IMG/VR virus record: IMGVR_UViG_3300014039_000008
DNA: 44,533 nt
DNA from: a virus
Strand: one strand, 5' to 3'
The notes under the pieces are model-generated. The model saw nothing but the letters and a program-made list of their open reading frames with translations, ran no database searches and had not been told where the DNA came from. A program made the translations under genes and the position numbers. Below are positions 41,108 to 44,533 of the stretch, piece after piece; position 1 is the stretch's first letter, and each line of letters begins with the position of its first letter.

Positions 41108-41462
41108 GTGTGTCTGCCGCGCGTGCCGGTACCTCCGCGAGGAGGACGCCGGGCGCGATGCAAAATTTTACCGGTGCGGGGTGACGGGGCGGGTGATCGA
41201 GCACGCTCCGCTCTGCGCCAAATGGCCGAGCACGCCGCTGCGGCGCTGCCCGGCCGCCGCAATCAGAAAGGAGCTGCACAGCATGGAGAAGAGGAACAAA
41301 TGGGAGCCCGGCGAGCGGGTGTTGGCGGTGTGCACGGGGACGTGGCACTACGGCGTCGGCGTGGTCCGCAGCGGGCCGGACAAAAACAACCGGTACGTCG
41401 TGGAGTTTGACCGCGACGGCCTGCGCAGCGGGTGCCGGGTGATCGGGAGGCCGCAGGAATGA
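41097..41462 (+). CDS. Cys-rich (zinc-finger-like) N-terminus plus a small beta domain (121 aa)
   Basis: GTG start overlapping the upstream gene. CVCRAC...RCGV...LCAKW. An internal ATG at 41283 with its own AAAGGAG could mean two products. Confidence 0.55.
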   Translation: MRDECVCRACRYLREEDAGRDAKFYRCGVTGRVIEHAPLCAKWPSTPLRRCPAAAIRKELHSMEKRNKWEPGERVLAVCTGTWHYGVGVVRSGPDKNNRYVVEFDRDGLRSGCRVIGRPQE

Positions 41463-42154
41463 GCGTATGCGACAAGCGATGCGAGGCCTGCCCGTATCCG
41501 GACTGCATCAACGACGAGATGGATCTGGACGACTACCAGGAGGCTGACGCAAGGGACCGGGCGCTCGGGACGGTGCGCAAGGCAAAGGACCCGCCACCCG
41601 TCGGGGGCAACACGGCCAAAAAGGAGGCGGCGCGGGAGCGCAGCCGGGAGAGGGCTAAGGAGCGTTACGCGGAAAAGCGGGAGGAGAGACTCGCCTACTT
41701 AAGGAAATGGCACGCAGAGCATCCGGAGTGGCGCAAGGAATACTATCAGCAAAACCGGGAGCGCCTGCTGGCGCAAGCGAGGGCGTACCGGGAAACTCAC
41801 AAAGCCGCAGTGCGGGCTTATAAGAGGGCCTATTATCAGGCCAATCGGGATAATTACCGCGCCTATCGTAAGGCGCACCGGGAGGAGATTAACGCCCGGG
41901 AGCGCGAGAGATACGACAAGCGCATGCGGGAGCACGGTCAGGGAGACGCGGAGCAGCAGGGCCGGGAGAAGGACTACCAAAGAGCCTACTATCTGGCCCA
42001 TCAGGAGGAGCTCCGCGCGAAAGGCCGGGAGTACCGCGAGAAGAACCGCGAGCGGCTGAAGGAGCAGAAACGGGCGTACTATCTGGCCCATCAGGAGGAG
42101 CTCCGCGCCAAGGCGCTGGCGCGGTACTACAGGAAGAAAGGGGAAGGGGCATGA
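41459..42154 (+). CDS. Cys-cluster plus tandem R/Y/E-rich helical repeat protein (231 aa)
   Basis: ATGA overlap. CDKRCEACPYPDC is followed by about 7 repeats of the AYY..N.E....Y type. A 32-bp perfect DNA repeat occurs at 41987-42018 and 42077-42108. Confidence 0.7.
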   Translation: MSVCDKRCEACPYPDCINDEMDLDDYQEADARDRALGTVRKAKDPPPVGGNTAKKEAARERSRERAKERYAEKREERLAYLRKWHAEHPEWRKEYYQQNRERLLAQARAYRETHKAAVRAYKRAYYQANRDNYRAYRKAHREEINARERERYDKRMREHGQGDAEQQGREKDYQRAYYLAHQEELRAKGREYREKNRERLKEQKRAYYLAHQEELRAKALARYYRKKGEGA

Positions 42155-42507
42155 CGGTATACATTGCCGGTGGGATCACCGGCGTCGAGGACTACAAGGC
42201 GCGGTTTGCGGCCGCGAAGCGGATGCTTCTGCGGGAGGAACAGGACCGGACGGACAGCACGGCGCGGTATTATGGCTCACCGCGGGCGGACAAGGTGCTG
42301 AATCCGGCGGAGCTGCCGGAGGACTGGCCGGGCAAGGTCTACATGGACGTTTGCCTTGCGATGATCAACAAGGCCGACCTCGTGGTGTTTTTGCCCGGCT
42401 GGGAGCGCAGCCGCGGGGCAAGCCTCGAGATGCAGTATTGCCGGTACCAGAGCAAGGCGGTGTACAAGATTGCAGAGGAGGAGCTTGAGGGGTGGATGAG
42501 AAGCTGA
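42151..42507 (+). CDS. DUF4406-like / nucleoside 2-deoxyribosyltransferase-like protein (118 aa)
   Basis: MTVYIAGGITG...DLVVFLPGWERSRGASLEMQY matches the YIAG.. and GWE.S.GA..E pattern of that family, from memory. Confidence 0.65.
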   Translation: MTVYIAGGITGVEDYKARFAAAKRMLLREEQDRTDSTARYYGSPRADKVLNPAELPEDWPGKVYMDVCLAMINKADLVVFLPGWERSRGASLEMQYCRYQSKAVYKIAEEELEGWMRS

Positions 42508-43334
42508 CTCATCTCAGCGTTTTTTCCGGGATCGGTGGGCTTGATCTTGCGGCCGAATGGGCCGGGTTTACGACCGTCGGGCAGTGCGAAATGGCAGATT
42601 ACCCGACGGCGGTGCTGGAGAAGCACTGGCCGGACGTCCCACGCTGGCGGGATATCCGTACCCTGACAAAGGAGAGTTTTTATGAGCGTACCGGACTGGG
42701 AACAGTTGACGTTATATCCGGAGGATTCCCCTGCCAGCCGTTTTCCGTGGCCGGAAAGCAGCGAGGAAAGGAAGACGCGCGGTTTCTGTGGCCTGAAATG
42801 TGCCGCGTTATCCGGGAGCTTAGGCCGCATTGCGTCGTCGGCGAGAACGTACCTGGAATCATCAAGATTGCCGCCCGGCAGGTGGTCGAGGATCTGGAGC
42901 ACGCAGGTTATCACGTCGTCGTGCTGCAATTTGAGGCTGCGGCTGTCGGCGCTTGGCACCGGCGGGCAAGATGCTTTTTTGTGGGGATCGACGATCTATC
43001 CGACGCCGAAAGCATCGGGCAGCAAGGGCTCTGGGCCACTGGGGAGCCGGAGCGCGGAGCACGACCTCCGGCGGAAAAACCTGAAAGGCTGCGTCCTGTT
43101 TGCGACGCCATGCCGGGGAGACGCGACCGGGACGCACGGCGGCTGGAATCACAGGAGCTTGCGGACGGACGTCAATGGGCAGCTGAACCCGGAGTGGACA
43201 GAGTGGTTAATGGGCTTCCCTGTCGGGTGGAGCGCATTAGGGCCCTCGGCAATGCGGTCGTACCGCAGCAGGCATACCCGATCTTCCGCGCGCTCGCGGA
43301 GGAACTGACAAGGAGGATTGACAATGGACGTTAA
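42492..43334 (+). CDS. dcm: DNA (cytosine-5)-methyltransferase; the formal ORF is intact but the conserved middle part is encoded in the +1 frame (apparent double frameshift)
   Basis: Frame 0 contains FSGIGG, GGFPCQPFS, ENV, RRARCFFVG and GNAVVP. Frame +1 (about 42987-43240) contains TIYPTPKASGSKGSGP and LNPEWTEWLMGFPVGW. Confidence 0.8.
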   Translation: MDEKLTHLSVFSGIGGLDLAAEWAGFTTVGQCEMADYPTAVLEKHWPDVPRWRDIRTLTKESFYERTGLGTVDVISGGFPCQPFSVAGKQRGKEDARFLWPEMCRVIRELRPHCVVGENVPGIIKIAARQVVEDLEHAGYHVVVLQFEAAAVGAWHRRARCFFVGIDDLSDAESIGQQGLWATGEPERGARPPAEKPERLRPVCDAMPGRRDRDARRLESQELADGRQWAAEPGVDRVVNGLPCRVERIRALGNAVVPQQAYPIFRALAEELTRRIDNGR

Positions 43335-43509
43335 GGATCTGATCGAGCGGCTGCGGGAAGCTGCGGGCGCTCTGGACGGGACCGCGCTGCGCGTCAGCAC
43401 GAGCAAATTTGACACACAGATCATCGCCGAGCTGCTGCTTGATGCGGCGGATGCGCTGGAGGGCAAGGCGGAGAGGCCGGAGCAGGAGGAGATGGAGGCA
43501 TGGATATAG
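43324..43509 (+). CDS. truncated paralogue (61 aa) of the N-terminus of the junction-spanning gene
   Basis: ATG 43324 after AGGAGG. Its first 53 codons correspond to those of the gene starting at 44393 (identical at DNA level only over the 3' 100 bp). It then diverges and stops inside the rSAM gene start. Confidence 0.5.
   Translation: MDVKDLIERLREAAGALDGTALRVSTSKFDTQIIAELLLDAADALEGKAERPEQEEMEAWI
43384..43483 (+). repeat. 100-bp perfect direct repeat, copy 1 (upstream flank of the radical-SAM cassette)
   Basis: Identical to 44453-44533 plus 59-77. Weaker similarity extends upstream to about 43304 / 44368. Confidence 0.95.
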
Positions 43510-44411
43510 GAGACCGGAGAATCGCGAGGGTGTTCCCACGGCGGACGTCAGCGACGCCGCACGACGAGTTGGCTTTTGTGGGCCCCATAACGATGGAGAC
43601 GATCGCAGCCATAACGCAAGCGGAGCCGTCGGAAATCCATATATCCGCAACGTTTACGTGGGATTTGCCGGATGTGGATGAGCTTTATGAGAGCTATTCC
43701 GTTTTTGGTGTCCCAGTTGAGGTCGGAGGGCCCGCCTTCGGTGATCGGATGGGTGACTTTGTACCGGGGATGTACATCCGGGAGGGGCTTGTATTTACGT
43801 CGAGGGGATGCAACAAAGATTGCTGGTTTTGCAGCGTCCCAAAATGCTGTAACGGGGAAATTAGAGAGCTGCCGATCGTGGACGGCTGGAACATACTCGA
43901 TGATAACGTGCTTGCAACATCTATGGAGCACTTCCGCGGCGTGTGCAACATGCTCAAGCGGCAGCCGGAGCGCGCCGTATTTTCTGGGGGACTTGAGCCG
44001 AGCCTGTTAACAGCAGAGCACGCAAAGCTCCTGGCGGGAGTGCGGCCGAAGCGCATATACACGGCATACGATACAAAAGACGATTTAGAGCCGTTGCGGG
44101 CGATGGGAAGACTGCTCCGGGAAGTAGGGATAACAGAGCGATCTAATACACTGGCCTGCTATGTGCTCGTGGGATATGAAGGAGATACATTAGATGATGC
44201 AGAGAAGCGGTGTAGAGAGGCGATGGAGGCGGGCGCTATGCCATTTGCCATGTTATATCGCGATGAGTCAGGGCGAGCACCCGACAAAGAGTGGAGGAGA
44301 TTCCAGCGGGAGTGGGCTAACAGGATAATTGTCGGGCGGAAACTAAAGGATTACCGGGACGCTCGCGGAAGAACTGAACAGGAGGGCTGTCAATGGACGT
44401 TAAGGATCTGA
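43500..44411 (+). CDS. radical SAM superfamily enzyme, specificity unknown (303 aa)
   Basis: CxxxCxxC cluster motif in TSRGCNKDCWFCSVPK. ATG after GGAGGAG. Lower GC than the flanks. Confidence 0.85.
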   Translation: MDIGDRRIARVFPRRTSATPHDELAFVGPITMETIAAITQAEPSEIHISATFTWDLPDVDELYESYSVFGVPVEVGGPAFGDRMGDFVPGMYIREGLVFTSRGCNKDCWFCSVPKCCNGEIRELPIVDGWNILDDNVLATSMEHFRGVCNMLKRQPERAVFSGGLEPSLLTAEHAKLLAGVRPKRIYTAYDTKDDLEPLRAMGRLLREVGITERSNTLACYVLVGYEGDTLDDAEKRCREAMEAGAMPFAMLYRDESGRAPDKEWRRFQREWANRIIVGRKLKDYRDARGRTEQEGCQWTLRI

Positions 44412-44533
44412 TCGAGCGGTTGCGGGATGCTGCAGCCGCTCTGGACGGGACTGCGCTGCGCGTCAGCACGAGCAAATTTGACACACAGATCATCGCCGAG
44501 CTGCTGCTTGATGCGGCGGATGCGCTGGAGGGC
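44393..44533 (+). CDS. 5' portion of the junction-spanning CDS (continues at base 59)
   Basis: ATG 44393 after CAGGAGGG. MDVKDLIERLRDAAAALDGTALRVSTSKFDTQIIAELLLDAADALEG. Confidence 0.7.
   Translation, partial: MDVKDLIERLRDAAAALDGTALRVSTSKFDTQIIAELLLDAADALEG
44453..44533 (+). repeat. 100-bp perfect direct repeat, copy 2 (downstream flank of the radical-SAM cassette; continues at 59-77)
   Basis: Identical to 43384-43464, and onward across the junction. Confidence 0.95.

Noticed and set aside
42682-43308. 208-aa + strand ORF overlapping the methyltransferase, considered as an independent gene.
   Set aside because: Only its middle part (about 42987-43240) looks coding. That part is the conserved methyltransferase region displaced into the +1 frame, and the rest is S/R/L-rich noise. 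It is interpreted as part of the dcm frameshift, not a separate gene.

Overview
GC-rich (about 60% or more by eye) window that is a complete, circularly closed temperate phage or prophage genome. Bases 1-58 repeat 44476-44533, so the unique circle is 44,475 bp and one CDS runs across the junction. Nearly all genes are on the + strand, with strong AGGAGG-type ribosome-binding sites and frequent ATGA start/stop overlaps; a Gram-positive, probably Clostridia-like host is an inference. Modules: (1) Lysogeny: tyrosine integrase (35153-36307, -), a membrane-anchored XRE regulator, and a CI-like XRE repressor (37831-38226, -) with divergent promoters and operators. (2) A rightward early operon of small genes, 38396 -> 44533 -> 1286. 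It includes a DUF4406-like protein, a C5-cytosine methyltransferase whose conserved middle part sits in another frame, and a radical-SAM gene cassette bracketed by direct repeats. (3) A leftward 3-gene operon (1591-2551). (4) An HUH rolling-circle Rep-like gene (2954-3757) behind a palindrome-rich region. (5) Late block 1 (4276-11228): small terminase, collagen-like fibre, metallophosphoesterase fibre protein, amidase endolysin, XhlA-like protein and holin. (6) Late block 2 (11361-31923): scaffold, decoration-like protein, major capsid, large terminase, portal, and a single 3,686-codon ORF resembling an injected polyvalent protein. That ORF contains a nested out-of-frame ORF with its own coding signature. 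(7) A terminator-bounded six-gene cargo island of unknown function (31993-34852) next to the putative attP. I could not recognise a tail tube, sheath or ordinary tape-measure gene, so the virion is probably podovirus-like. No rRNA, tRNA or CRISPR array was seen. The best candidates for something undescribed are the cargo island, the giant ORF with its nested gene, the DUF4406/methyltransferase/radical-SAM corner, and the structured non-coding block in the lysogeny module. All functional calls come from motifs read by eye; no database search was possible.
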